Assembly: GCA_964016885.1 (NCBI GenBank)
Contig: OZ024760.1
Location: 14,322,001 to 14,386,000, forward strand
Direction of reading: 5' to 3'
From: Eledone cirrhosa
Lineage: Eukaryota
DNA: 64,000 nt
This document shows, one piece after another, positions 27,128-41,182 of this stretch. The notes beneath the pieces were generated by a model that searched no databases, was not told the DNA's origin, and was given only the letters and a program-made list of their open reading frames with translations. A program made the translations under genes and the position numbers. Numbering within the stretch: the stretch's first letter is position 1; every line of letters begins with the position of its first letter.

Positions 27128-27932
27128 TTCCTTTTCCTCCTCTTCTTTGGCTGACTTTAAAATAACACAAGAGACAAGTGCTCTGATCGCCTCTTCTTCT
27201 CTTCTTCTTCTTCTTCTTCCTCATCCAACATACTACTACGTAATGGTAGATACAAAACTCAGCGCGGAACCACAAACGAACACGGTTTTGTTACCCTTGG
27301 CGACCAGACGACGATTTCTTCACAAATAAAAATAAAAAGTATAGCGAAATTACTTCGATATTTTTTATTATAAAGTTTTTAAATCGAACCTCTTGTTCTA
27401 GATTTATTCTGGGTTTCTTTTCTTTTTAGGAAATAGTAAATAATTAAACAGATATTAAGAGCGGGAAGGCGATATCAAAATTAACGGACAATTTTCAAGT
27501 AATAACATGTGATGTTTTTACTTGAAAAATATCTCACCATGAATGTACAACTTCAAGTCTATGAATTTTCGTGACAACTTTGATTTTGTCAAATCATCAA
27601 ATCAATCTATTATCACCTATTGATTTCCATATCTTGTTGTTGTTTTTCGAGATAAACGTCTGTGGTTAACGAGTTCGAATCGCGCTCTCGTCTCCGTTTT
27701 TATATTTTAAATTTATTTCTATTTCAGTGTCATTTTGTCATCTAAAGAAACATTTTCATTCATTTCTTTGTTTTTTTAAATTATCGACTGTTACAGGCAA
27801 TGTTTTACGTAAGGATCAGCGCTTTTATTATTATTTTTTCTTGTCTTAGCATTCGAAGTTTTTGATTCGTTTCGTTTCATTATGTTTGTTTTTTGGCATT
27901 TTCGTTTCGCTTGATAGTAATTCATAAATAAT

Positions 27933-28111
27933 TGTTTCTACTTTAGGCACAAAGCCAGCAAATACTCAGTACATTACTGGTACTTATTTTATCGACCCCG
28001 TAAGGATGAAAGGCAAAGTTAACCTCGGCGGGATTTGAACTCAGACTGTAAAGGGACGTAACTATGCTAGAAAGCATGGCGTCCAACCCTCTACTGATAC
28101 TGCCAATTCAC
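27933..28111 (-). mobile_element. SINE family 1 with 13-bp TSD
   Basis: attcataaataat at 27920-27932 and 28112-28124. Confidence 0.9.
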
Positions 28112-28789
28112 ATTCATAAATAATGTTCTCTACTTCATATTATTATTTTAATTTTCAGAAGGTTAATAAAGAAATAAATGAATACACATTACAAAAGAGA
28201 TTTCCACGGGAATATTTTTATTCCTTTCTGATAATTTATTTAATATATTTATTTATTTACTTATTTATTTATTTTAGTTTGCGATTCAGTGTGTTCGTTA
28301 AGTGAAGGTTAGCTATAAAAATCAATCACGGAACACAAGTCGGAAAACGATCCGAAAGAAAACGAAACCGGAGAAAAAAAGTCGTGTAAACGTTAAGTTA
28401 AAATGTTGTTGAAGTATTAAAAAAAAAAAAATGAGCAGGAAAAGATATAAAAACAACAATAACTTCTAGAGTTGGCGCGGCACCTCAGTATTCAACACCT
28501 TACCCTGATAATATGTGCTCCCTTTTCCCAGGTATGCACTCCATTCTCCCAAATAAACTAATTTCTAGCTGACGAACCTAGTTTTTGACATTTCTTGCTC
28601 TAATCAAGCACAAAAAAAAAAAAAATTACTAAACCTGCATTTTCTACTACACAGTCCACACTCACCCAAGCCAAATCATATTACTCTCTCTACCACATTG
28701 GATATTTCCACAATGCTGCTACACTGTAGAGATATTTCGTGATTTATTTATTGATCACAGAAAATTAATATATATATATCTAGGCATAT

Positions 28790-29085
28790 CTAGAATGATG
28801 ATCGTTGGGTGAAGAAATGCCAAGCAATCTCAGTGGAAAGGTGAGTCAGTAGAGGGAAAGGCCCAGGAAAACCTGGGTAGAGCTTGTAAGAGCTGATCTC
28901 GATTCATGGAAGCTCACAACTTAGTTGACAAAGAACCATGACAAGTGGAGGGACGCTGTACTGGGAAAACCTGGGTAGAGGTTGTAAGAGCTGATCTTGA
29001 ATCATGGAAGCTCACAGCTGACTTGATGAAGGACCGTGACATCATAGAAAAACGGACGTAAAGCAGTGATGATGATGATGATGAG
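28790..29085 (+). mobile_element. RTE LINE 3' fragments, locally duplicated
   Basis: gggtgaagaaatgccaag..aaaacctggg..gaagctcac..aaggaccgtgac..cggacgtaaa matches ~33995-34207. Confidence 0.75.
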
Positions 29086-29184
29086 TCTGCAGTGCTGGGA
29101 CCAGGAAGACCACACAAATCATGGAAGCACTCAATGCATGGAGAGATTGGGCGTCGCAGTTGGGTTCAACTCTCTCTCTCTCTC

Positions 29185-29258
<74 letters not shown>

Positions 29259-29590
29259 AAAAGAGTCAGGGGTCCTGATACATCATCATCATCATCGTTT
29301 AACGTGAAAGATAGACGTTAAACGATGATGATGATGATGATGTATATATATATAGGAAAAGAGTCAGTATATACATATATGTATGTATATCTATATATAT
29401 ATAGGAAAAGAGTCAGTATATATATATATACATATATGTATGTATATCTCTATATATATATATATATATATAGGAAAAGAGTCAGTATATATATATACAT
29501 ATATGTATGTATATCTATATATATATATATGTATGTATATCTATATATATATAGGAAAAGAGTCAGTATATACATATATGTATGTATATC

Positions 29591-29631
<41 letters not shown>

Positions 29632-30631
29632 TTGAAAATATTTCTTAAGAGAGTCTCAAAGCAGGAAGTCCCAGTCTCTCTAGTTGAGCTCTGGAAATAT
29701 TTAAGAATGAGAAGCAAAGTCCCTTGGTAGTCTTTTATTTATTATAGAGGCCATATCCTCTCCTTTAGCATGTGTAATGAAAGGGGGCCCTCTTTAAATA
29801 GGGAGTTAGTCTAAGGATGTCTGGGGGTGGAGAGTGTAATGAGGCTGTGTGAGAAGGGTGTGTAGTGTGAGAGTCTTTAAGAATGAAAGGCAGTGTCTCT
29901 TGGTAGTGATTTGTATGTGTGTGTGTATGAGTGTGTGTATGTGTGTGAGTGTGAGTATGTATTTATGTGTGTATATGTGTGTGTGTGTGTGTATGTGTGT
30001 GTGTATGTATTGTGGTGGTTGTGGTGATGGTGGTGGTGTGGTGATGGTGGTGTAATGTGATGTGGTGTAGTGTGGTGTAGTGTAGTGTAGTGTGGTGTTG
30101 TGTCATGTAGTGTAGTGTAGTGTAGTGTGGTGTGGTGTAGTGTAGTGTAGTGTGGTGTAGTGTGTTGTAGTGTGGTGTGGTGTAGTGTGGTGTGGTGTTG
30201 TGTCATGTAGTGTAGTGTGTTGTAGTGTGGTGTGGTCTGGTGTAGAAATTGCCTTCTTTTATTCTACCGTGTAATAAAGCTATGCTTCTGTTTTTTTACA
30301 TTGAGACTAAACTAAAACGTTACCAGATTTTCTTATCATTATTGTTGTTGCTGTTATTGTTGTTATTATTTGTCATTTCCGTCATTTCTCCACTGTGGAA
30401 CTGAGATTTTATTGTGTATATATATATTTATATATATATATATATATATGTTTATATATATATTTATATATATATATATATATATATATGTTTATATATA
30501 TATATATAAACATAAACACACATATATATATATATAAATATATATAATATAACCAAATCAACTTTTTTTAAAAGGAAGTTGCATTATTACAAGGTATGTC
30601 ACTAATTATTTATAAAACAGCTTATGTATTG

Positions 30632-30740
30632 TATTTTGTCTGAGGAAGGCATAACATATTTTTAATATGATATCCCAGAAATATATATAACGAAATAAAT
30701 ATGGTTTTATAAATATAGTTTCCATTTGTTTAATATCGTA
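30632..30740 (+). ncRNA. Family D Type I hammerhead (30632-30697) with 3' flank
   Basis: UAUUUUGU-CUGAGGA-stem II-GAAA-U-AUAU-A-UA-ACGAAAUA; flank homologous to 63640-63690. Confidence 0.75.
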
Positions 30741-30805
30741 AATATATATATATATGCTTATATATATATATACATTATATATATATATATAATATATATA
30801 TATAC

Positions 30806-30846
<41 letters not shown>

Positions 30847-30855
30847 TATATACAT

Positions 30856-30890
<35 letters not shown>

Positions 30891-30899
30891 TATATACAT

Positions 30900-30932
<33 letters not shown>

Positions 30933-31052
30933 TATATACATTATATATATAATATATATATATTATATATATATATAATATATATATACATTATATATAT
31001 ATATATATATATACATTATATATATATACATTATATATATATATATATATAC

Positions 31053-31089
<37 letters not shown>

Positions 31090-32385
31090 TATATATATAT
31101 ATATATATATAATGTATATATATATTATATATATAATGTATATATATATAATGTATATAATGTATATATATATAATGTATATATATATTATATATATAAT
31201 GTATATATATATTATATATATATATTATATATATAATGTATATATATATTATATATATAATGTATATATATATAATGTATATATGTATATATATATAATG
31301 TATATATATATTATATATATATATATAATGTATATATATTATATATATATATAATGTATATATATATATATAATGTATATATATATATTATATATATAAT
31401 GTATATATATATAATGTATATATATATTATATATATATATATAATGTATATAATGTATATATATATTATATATATATAAGCATGTATTATATATTTATAT
31501 ATATATATTTATATATTTATATATATATATTTATATATATATATATATACATTATATATATATATATATACATTATATATATATATATATACATTATATA
31601 TATATATATACATTATATATATATAATATATATATACATTATATATATAATATATATATACATTATATATATATATAATATATATATACCTTATATATAT
31701 AATATATATATATACATTATATATATATATTATATATATATACATTATATATATATATAATATATATATACATTATATATATATATATAATATATATATA
31801 CATTATATATATATATAATATATATATATACATTATATATATATATAATATATATATACATTATATATATATATAATATATATATACATTATATATATAT
31901 ATAATATATATATACATTATATATATATATAATATATATATACATCATATATATATATAATATATATATACATCATATATATATATAATATATATATACA
32001 TTATATATATATATATAATATATATATACATTATATATATATATATAATATATATATACATTATATATATATATATAATATATATATACATTATATATAT
32101 ATATATAATATATATATACATTATATATATATATATAATACATTATATATATAATATATAATACATTATATATATAATATATAATACATTATATATATAT
32201 ATATATAATACATTATATATATAATATATAATACATTATATATATAATATATAATACATTATATATATATATAATACATTATATATATAATACATTATAT
32301 ATATATATATAATATATATATTTAATACATAATATATATATACATACAGGTATATGCATGCAAATATAAATATATATATATATAC
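30741..32385. repeat. (TA)n-derived array with tacattatatat..aata units
   Basis: Direct reading. Confidence 0.95.
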
Positions 32386-32387
32386 AC

Positions 32388-34208
32388 AATGTGTCCGGAA
32401 TGATGCCGGTGTATTTAGTGTCGCGAATGATCAGAAAAAGGAGGCCTGGAAATGACATTATGTGAGACTGATGAATGTGGACAACGAATGGGAGAGAGAA
32501 ATTACCCTCAGTAGATCCGACAGAGGGACCAGCTATTGAGATTGACGAATATAGGGTCCAAGAGGCGATTAAGGAAATGAATAATGGTAAGGCTGCTGGA
32601 CCATCGGGGATAGTTGTTGAGATGCTGAAGGCATCAGGGGACGTAGGCACTAAACTCGTTGCACGCATCATCAATCAGGCTATATATGGTGGTGTCATAC
32701 CCAAAGACTGGTGCAGTAGTATTCTCATAAATCGCTACAAAGGTAAAGGAGATGCTCTGGAGAGGAGCAATTATAGGGGTATAAAACTGATGGATCAGGT
32801 TATGAAAGTGGCAGAAAGGATATTAGCACAACTAATTAGAGAAAGGGTCAAACTAGATGAGATGCAGTTTGGTTTTGTGCCTGGGAAGAGTACAACAGAT
32901 GCCCTCCTCTTGGTGAGACAATTACAAGAGAGGTTCTTAGAGAAAAATAAGCCGCTATACTTAGCCTTTGTTGACCTAGGGTACCCTGATCTGTCATCTG
33001 GTGGTCCCTAAGGAAACTAGGTGTTGAGGAATGGCTTGAGAGGACAGTGCAAACTTTGTACAGAGGTACTGTCAGTAAAGTTAGGGTAGGAATGGAGTTT
33101 AGTGAGGAATTCCAGATACAAGTAGGAGTACATCAAGGTTCGGTCCTCAGCCCGCTCTTGTTCATTATAGTCCTCCAAGCCATAACAGAGGAGTTTAAGA
33201 CTGGCTGTCCATGGGAACTTCTCTATGCCGACGATCTGGTTCTTATAGCATAATCAGTAGAGGAGCTAGAGAATAAATTCTGGCTATCGAAACAGCAGTT
33301 GGAAGCAAGAGGACTGAGAGTGAACCTAGCTAAGACAAAAGTGTTGATGAGTAGAAAAGAGGACAAAACTCTGATTCCGTCAGGGAAATGGCCATGTTCG
33401 ATATGCAGAAAAGGAAGTGGCATAAATTCTATAAAATGCACACAATGCAGATCCTGGGTACACAAGAGATGTAGCAGGATAGCAGGCAAACTAACAGGTA
33501 GGAGAAATACATATGCAGTAGATGTACAGGGAAATTAGACAGTAGAAGTTGCATTGATAGACACATTTTTCAAATGCAGGCGGGTGCTATAGAAGTAGTG
33601 GATAGCTTCCGGTACCTAGATCAGATTAGCATAGGAGGGAGGGTGTTCTGAGGACATAGTATCTAGAATAAGGACGGGTTAGAAGAAGTTTAGGGAGCTG
33701 CTTCCTCTGCTGAAGAAGAAGGGTTTCTCCCTGCGTATGAAAAGCCGGTTATATGATGCCTGTGTGAGGAGCGTGATGCTGCATGGTAGTGAGACATGGG
33801 CAGCAACTACAGAGGATATGCGACGGCTGGAGAGAAATGAGGCAAGCATGCTCCGTTGGATGTGCAGTGTCAATGTGCGTGAACGACCCAGCATAGTTGA
33901 GTTGAGAAAGAAACTGGGTATAAGAGGGATAAGTTGTGGTGTGCAGGAGAGAAGGCTGATATGGTATGGACATGTGATGCGCATGGAGGATGACCGCTGG
34001 GTAAAGAAGTGCCAAGAAATCCCAGTAGAAGGAAGACGTGGTAGAGGTAGTCCACGAAAAACATGGGCGGAGGTGGTGAGAACAGACCTCAGATAGCTGA
34101 AGCTCATGGGGGAGATGACGAAGGACCATGACAAGTGGAGAGATGCTGTGCTGAATAGGACCCATCCCACCCTTTCAAGCATGGAAGAGCGGACGTAAAA
34201 TGATGATA
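32388..34208 (+). mobile_element. 5'-truncated, decayed RTE-clade LINE (reverse transcriptase pseudogene)
   Basis: ORF pieces GKAAGPSGIVVEMLK, NYRGIKL, QFGFVPGKSTTDA, LYLAFVDL, GVHQGSVLSPLLF, LLYADDLVL, RLYDACVRSVMLHGSETW, RLIWYGHVMR, GRRGRGSPRKTW; frameshifts and stops; (TGA)n tail. Confidence 0.95.
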
Positions 34209-34514
34209 TACACATATGCACTTACATGTCTATGCATGCAAATATATATAAATATACATACATACATATATATATATATATATGTATGTATACATACACA
34301 CATATATATATGTATGTCTGTGATTATGCATGTGTGTATAATCATTTAACATCCGTTTAAAATGTGTGCATATCCTATTTTAAATCAAATATAAAATAAT
34401 GCCTTGGGAAAAATCCTAATTTATAAACTCAATACAAAGATATAAATCTATAGTTGTGTAATTATATATGTATTCATTATTTGCAGACTTAAATATTCCC
34501 AGGGATGATAACTC

Positions 34515-36830
34515 TACAGCAGTGTCTCATTATATACCCTGGCTTATCAAACTACAGTACTATATCATTATGTACACACTAAGGGCGGTGGATTGGCAAT
34601 ATCGGTAGAGGGCTGACACCATGCTCTGCAGCATAGAGTTACGGCCCTTTATGATCTGAGTTCAAATCCCTCCGAGGTTAACTTTGCCTTTCATCCTTAT
34701 GGGGTCGATAAAATAAAGTACCAGTAATGTACTATGATCGATTTAATCAATTTTCGCCTCCCCCAAAATTGCTCGCCATGTGCCTATATAAGAAACCATT
34801 ATATACACACTAGCTTATCTAACCCACAGCAGTGTCCCATTATATACACCCTGGCCTATCAAACTACAGTACTGCCCCATTATATATACACTCACTCATC
34901 AATATACAGTACTGTCCCATTATATACACCCTAGCTTATCAAACTACAGTACTGTCTCATTATATACACCCTAGTTTATCAAACTACAGTACTGTCTCAT
35001 TATATACACCCTAGCTTATCAAACTACAGTACTGCCCCATTATATATACACTCACTCATCAATATACAGTACTGTCCCATTATATACACCCTAGCCTATC
35101 AAACTACAGTACTGTCTCATTATATACACCCTAGCTTATCAAACTACAGTACTGTCCCATTATATACACCCTAGCTTATCAAACTACAGTACTGTCCCAT
35201 TATATACACCCTAGCCTATCAAACTACAGTACTGTCTCATTATATACACCCTACTTATCAAACTACAGTACTGTTTCATTATATACACCCTAGCCTATCA
35301 AACTACAGTACTGTCTCATTATATACACCCTAGCTTATCAAACTACAGTACTGTCTCATTATATACACCCTAGCCTATCAAACTACAGTACTGTCTCATT
35401 ATATACACCCTAGCTTATCAAACTACAGTACTGCCCCATTATATATACACTCACTCATCAATATACAGTACTGTCCCATTATATACACCCTAGCCTATCA
35501 AACTACAGTACTGTCTCATTATATACACCCTAGCTTATCAAACTACAGTACTGTCTCATTATATACACCCTAGCTTATCAAACTACAGTACTGCCCCATT
35601 ATATATACACTCACTCATCAATATACAGTACTGTCCCATTATATACACCCTAGCCTATCAAACTACAGTACTGTCTCATTATATACACCCTAGCTTATCA
35701 AACTACAGTACTGTCCCATTATATACACCCTAGCTTATCAAACTACAGTATTGTCCCATTATATACACCCTAGCCTATCAAACTACAGTACTGTCTCATT
35801 ATATACACCCTAGCTTATCAAACTACAGTACTGTCTCATTATATACACCCTAGCTTATCAAACTACAGTACTGCCCCATTATATATACACTCACTCATCA
35901 ATATACAGTACTGTCCCATTATATACACCCTAGCCTATCAAACTACAGTACTGTCTCATTATATACACCCTAGCTTATCAAACTACAGTACTGTCTCATT
36001 ATATACACCCTAGCTTATCAAACTACAGTACTGTCCCATTATATACACCCTAGCTTATCAAACTACAGTACTGTCTCATTATATACACCCTAGCTTATCA
36101 AACTACAGTACTGTCTCATTATATACACCCTAGCTTATCAAACTACAGTACTGTCTCATTATATACACCCTAGCTTATCAAACTACAGTACTGCCCCATT
36201 ATATATACACTCACTCATCAATATACAGTACTGTCCCATTATATACACCCTAGCCTATCAAACTACAGTACTGTCTCATTATATACACCCTAGCTTATCA
36301 AACTACAGTACTGTCTCATTATATACACCCTAGCTTATCAAACTACAGTACTGTCCCATTATATACACCCTAGCTTATCAAACTACAGTACTGTCTCATT
36401 ATATACACCCTAGCTTATCAAACTACAGTACTGTCTCATTATATACACCCTAGCTTATCAAACTACAGTACTGTCTCATTATATACACCCTAGCTTATCA
36501 AACTACAGTACTGTCTCATTATATACACCCTAGCTTATCAAACTACAGCACTGTCTCATTATATACACCCTAGCTTATCAAACTACAATACTGTCTCATT
36601 ATATACACCCTAGCTTATCAAACTACAGTACTGTCTCATTATATACACCCTAGCTTATCAAACTACAGTACTGTCTCATTATATACACCCTAGCTTATCA
36701 AACTACAATACTGTCTCATTATATACACCCTAGCTTATCAAACTACAGTACTGTCTCATTATATATACCCTAGCTTATCAAACTACAGTACTGTCTCATT
36801 ATATATACACTCCCTCATCAATATACAGAA
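34515..36830. repeat. 40-bp minisatellite (~50 units) with periodic variant unit
   Basis: Unit tatatacaccctagcttatcaaactacagtactgtctcat; variant tatatatacactcactcatcaatatacagtactgtcccat. Confidence 0.97.
34582..34800 (+). mobile_element. Full-length SINE family 1 inserted near the start of the minisatellite
   Basis: ggcggtggattggc head, B box gagttcaaatcc, core and tail; flanked by ttat.tacacacta duplication. Confidence 0.9.
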
Positions 36831-37084
36831 CTGAAAGGCAAAGTTGACCTTAGCGAGATTTGAACTCAGAATATGAAGAACTAATTGTTTCTACATTTGG
36901 CACAAGGGCAGCAATTTGAAGGCATGGGGAAAGTCAATATTCGACCTTATAAGGATGAAATGCAAAGTTGACCTCAGTGGGATTTGAACACAGAACATAA
37001 AGACCCATAACTAATTGCTACAAAGTATTGCGTCTGGCTCTAACAATTCCCCCAAGCCACTGCCACCGAAAAAAGAAAAGGAGA

Positions 37085-38360
37085 AAATTAACTGGTACCA
37101 GGATTTAACTCTTAAACCAGTCATATCTGGCCAGAATTTTCTCAACTCTTTCTGTTCAAACCAGCCATAAACGGTCAATAATACCTATGTTAAGGTGTGG
37201 TTCTCAAAATAAATAATTGTTTCTACTTTTGGCACAAGGCCAGCAAATACCCAGAACATTACTGGTACTTTATTTTATCGACCCTGTAAGGATGAAAGGC
37301 ACAGTTAACCTCAGCGGGATTTGAACTCAGATCGTAAAAGGACGTAACTACGCTGGAAAGCATGTCTGACCCTCTACGAATACTGCCAATTCAATAAATA
37401 ATATCAAAATCTCATGGATTCGATATTATGTAAGGTAAAGCCTTTATTGTGAAAATACAATAGTATATATAGAGTAATGTAGATACTAAAGGGTTAAACC
37501 AGCTGTATCTGGCTAGAACTCCCTCACCTATTTCTGTTCAAACTGGCCATAAGTGGCCACTAATATTTATGTCAAATGATGGTTCTCAAAATAAATAATA
37601 TCAAAATCACATGGATTCAATATTATGTGAGATAATTATGTGAGGTAAAACCTTTACTGTGAAAATACAATAGTTTACTGCAATATTTTCATCAAACTGT
37701 CCACTAGTAAAGATACTATAAACTTTTTAATCAACAAACCACATGAAACTGCATTAGAAAGATATTCTTGAAAAATATAAAACAGCATTATGACTGCATT
37801 TCATTAAAAAAATTAACCCTTTAGCATTTAAACCGGCCATATCCAGCCAGATTCTCTCACCTCTTTCTGTTCCAACTGGCTATAACTGGTCGCTCATAAC
37901 TACATTGATATTATTTATTTTGAGAATAATACCTTAATCTCATAGATTCGATATTATGTGAGATAAAGCCTTTACTGCGAAAATACAATAGTAAATATAG
38001 AGTAATGTAAATACTAAAGGGTTAAACTGGCTGTATCCGGCCAGAATTCTCTCACCTCTTTCTGTTCAAACCGGCTGAAACTGGCCACTCATACTGATAT
38101 TAAGGTATTGTTCTCAAAATAAATAATTGTTTCTACTTTTGGGACAAGGCCAGCAATTACCCAGTGCATTACTGGTACTTTATTTTATCAACCCCATAAG
38201 GATGAAAGGCAAAGTTAACCTCAGCAGGATTTGAACTCAGTTCTTAAAGGGACGTAACTCTGTGCTGCAAAGCATGGTGTCTGACCCTCTACCGATACTG
38301 CCAATCCACCACCATCTTTCAAAATAAATATCAAAATCTTGTAGATTCGATATTACTTGA
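37085..38360 (+). mobile_element. piggyBac-like MITE tandem cluster with two SINE family 1 insertions (37213-37392 and 38125-38312, minus strand)
   Basis: TTAACCCTTTAGCATT at 37813; AAAGGGTTAA near 37490 and 38020; both SINEs follow ctcaaaataaataat. Confidence 0.85.
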
Positions 38361-38889
38361 AATCTTTACTAGTGGACAGATTGCTGAAAATATTGCAGTA
38401 AACTTTTAATTTTGAATGAAATTGAGTCATAATGCTTCTTTATACTTTTCAAAAGGAGGTGGAGTTTTTTAATTGTGGTGTAGTGTGATGTGGTGTGGTG
38501 TACTGTGATGTGGTGTAGTGTAGTGTAGTGTAGTGTGGTATGGTGTGGTGTGGTGTGGTAGGATGTGGTGTGGTGTGGTGTGGTGTGAAGGAGAGACAGG
38601 ATGTTAAATGCTAACATGTCCTTAAATTTTTCAACAGTAGGGAGTGACTGAGACAAATTTAGCAGCTATTTCTAGCAAGTCAGGTGATTATGTAAAGCCC
38701 ACCCCACTCACCCCTCACCCCCGCACTAGTTGACAATGAAATTACCTGGGAGTGGTGGTGGTGGTGGTGGGTGTAATCTGAGGGAGGTTAAGGTAGTGGT
38801 GAGGAGTGAAGTTGATATTTAGTAAGGCTACTGAGAGGTAGGGGTTGGTGTGTGGGTGACAGGTGCATCATAAAGGCTTTTACAGCACA

Positions 38890-39430
38890 CACTCTCTCTT
38901 TCCTTCTCTCTCTCTCTCTCTTTCCCTCTCTCCCTCTCCGCCCTCTCTCTCTCTTTGCATCTTCTGTCTTTCCTTCCATCTCTCTCTGTCTTTTTGTCTC
39001 ACTGTCTCTTTTCCCTTCCTTCCTTCTCTCTGTCTATCTCTCTCTCTCTCTCTCTCTACCCCTCTTTCTCTCTCTCTACTCCTCTTTCTCTCTCTCTACC
39101 CCTCTTTCTCTCTCTCTGCCCCTCTTTCTCTCTCTCTATCTCTCTGGCTCTCTCTCTTCCCCTCTCTATCTCTCTCTCTCTCTTTCCCTCCCTCCCTCCC
39201 TCTCTGTCTGTCTCTCTCTCTCTATTTATCTCTCTCCCTCTCTCTCTCTATTTATCTCATTCTCTCTCTCTCTCTCTCTCTGTCTTTATCTCATTCTTTC
39301 TCTCTATCTTTCCCTCTCTATATTTCCCTCTTTCCCTCTCTATCTCTCTCTGTCTCTCTCTCTCTCTTTCCCTCCCTCCCTCTCTGTCTCTCTCTCTCTC
39401 TGTCTTTATCTCATTCTCTCTCTCTTTACC
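38890..39430. repeat. CT-rich polypyrimidine low-complexity tract
   Basis: Direct reading. Confidence 0.95.
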
Positions 39431-39449
39431 TGCTATTCAGACCTATAGA

Positions 39450-40092
39450 TAGACAAACTGACAGATGAACAGGCAGACATGCAGACTGACAGACTGACAG
39501 ACTGACAGACAGACAGGCAGACTGACAGACTGACAGACTGACAGACTGACAGACAGACAGGCAGACTGACAGACTGACAGACAGACAGGCAGACTGACAG
39601 ACTGACAGACTGACAGACTGACAGACAGACAGGCAGACTGACAGACTGACAGACTGACAGACAGACAGGCAGACTGACAGACTGACAGGCAGACAGGCAG
39701 ACTGACAGACTGACAGACTGACAGACTGACAGACAGACAGGCAGACTGACAGACTGACAGGCAGACAGGCAGACTGACAGGCAGACAGGGAGACTGACAG
39801 ACTGACAGACTGACAGACTGACAGACAGACAGGCAGACTGACAGACTGACAGACAGACAGGCAGACTGACAGACTGACAGACTGACAGACTGACAGACAG
39901 ACAGGCAGACTGACAGGCAGACAGGCAGACTGACAGGCAGACAGGCAGACTGACAGGCAGACAGGGAGACTGACAGACAAACAGACTGACAGACTGGCAG
40001 ACTGACAGACTGGCAGGCAGGCAGGCAGACTGACAGGCAGACAGACTGACATATAGACACGCAGGTAGACAGACAAACAGACAGACAGAGAG
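39450..40092. repeat. (CAGACTGA)/(CAGA)/(CAGG) minisatellite
   Basis: Direct reading. Confidence 0.95.
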
Positions 40093-40228
40093 AGTAACAG
40101 ATGGACTAACAGGTAAACAGACAAAGTGCTTACTCATATTACAAACTGATATAACAGTTCACCCCCACCCCTACAAAGCCTCTACACCACCCTGTCATTT
40201 CTTCAGTGACACAGACAAGCCAGCCACT

Positions 40229-40269
40229 ATGACCCAGCCATGTGAAAAACTGGGTCCAAAGGGTCGAGG
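40229..40269 (+). CDS. Candidate coding exon of an unknown small gene (MTQPCEKLGPKGR-G)
   Basis: Acceptor ttttcttcag ending at 40206; Kozak-like gccactATG at 40229; weak donor GG|GTGGGG at 40270 (phase 2); no recognised homology. Confidence 0.3.
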
Positions 40270-41182
40270 GTGGGGGAGGGGTGGTGGTGGGAAGGCTGTT
40301 AGTCCCCTAGTTTACTAAAGCAGACCCTATTTTATTTTAACCCCATTTAACAATGAACAAATTCACTAACATACATACATACATACACACACATAATACA
40401 TACATACATACATACACACACACACATAATACATACATACATACATGCATACATACATACATACATACCCTAAGTAGACACACACACATAAACCTATCTA
40501 CCTTCCCAGCCAACTACCTACCTATCTACCCTGCCTATGTACCCTGCTTAACTACCCTACCCATTCACCCTACCTAACTACCCTACCTGTATATCAATTT
40601 ACATAATAATTTGTGTCTGTCTGTCTACCCAACAGAAGCTAAAGCCCCCCCAAAAATATGAGGTCATATATTAGTTAGCTGTATGTAAGAAGAAACAGTT
40701 AAAGGAAAAATTATATACTTTGCTGTTGAGCTTACAAATTAATAAACTTTATATTAAACTAGTAGCAGGACCCGGCCTATTCTCAGGCTGCCAAATACAA
40801 AAAAAATGTTTGTTTATTTGTTTTATGTCTAGGACTATGTTATCCAATGTGTCCTCTTTTTTAAACTGGAAGGGCACCTTGTAAATTTCAATTTGGTTGC
40901 TATTTCCAACAAATTGATAGGCCATGTAGAAGCACAATTGTTGGCTCCTGTTGTTTATCTAGGAGTATATTATCCAATGCATTCTCTTTTTAAAGATAGT
41001 AGAGTGTAATTTGATTACAGGAAATTATCATATATATAAATTACTTATACAAATTTGTATAAGACTGATCTTTTGACTCTTCACATCCTGCATCACATGA
41101 AACTACATTAGCAAAATATTCTTTCTTGAAAACTACCAAATGGCTCTGTGACTGAATCACATTAAAAAATGAAGTCTTTACT

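Noticed and set aside
27033-27329. 98-aa ORF, or internal MVDTKLSAEP.. ORF
   Set aside because: It spans the TATA box and a (CTT)n tract with no homology recognised; more likely promoter or 5' UTR.
34515-36830. CRISPR-like regular 40-bp periodicity (also 43268-43622)
   Set aside because: Units are contiguous with no unique spacers, there are no cas genes, and the context is eukaryotic.
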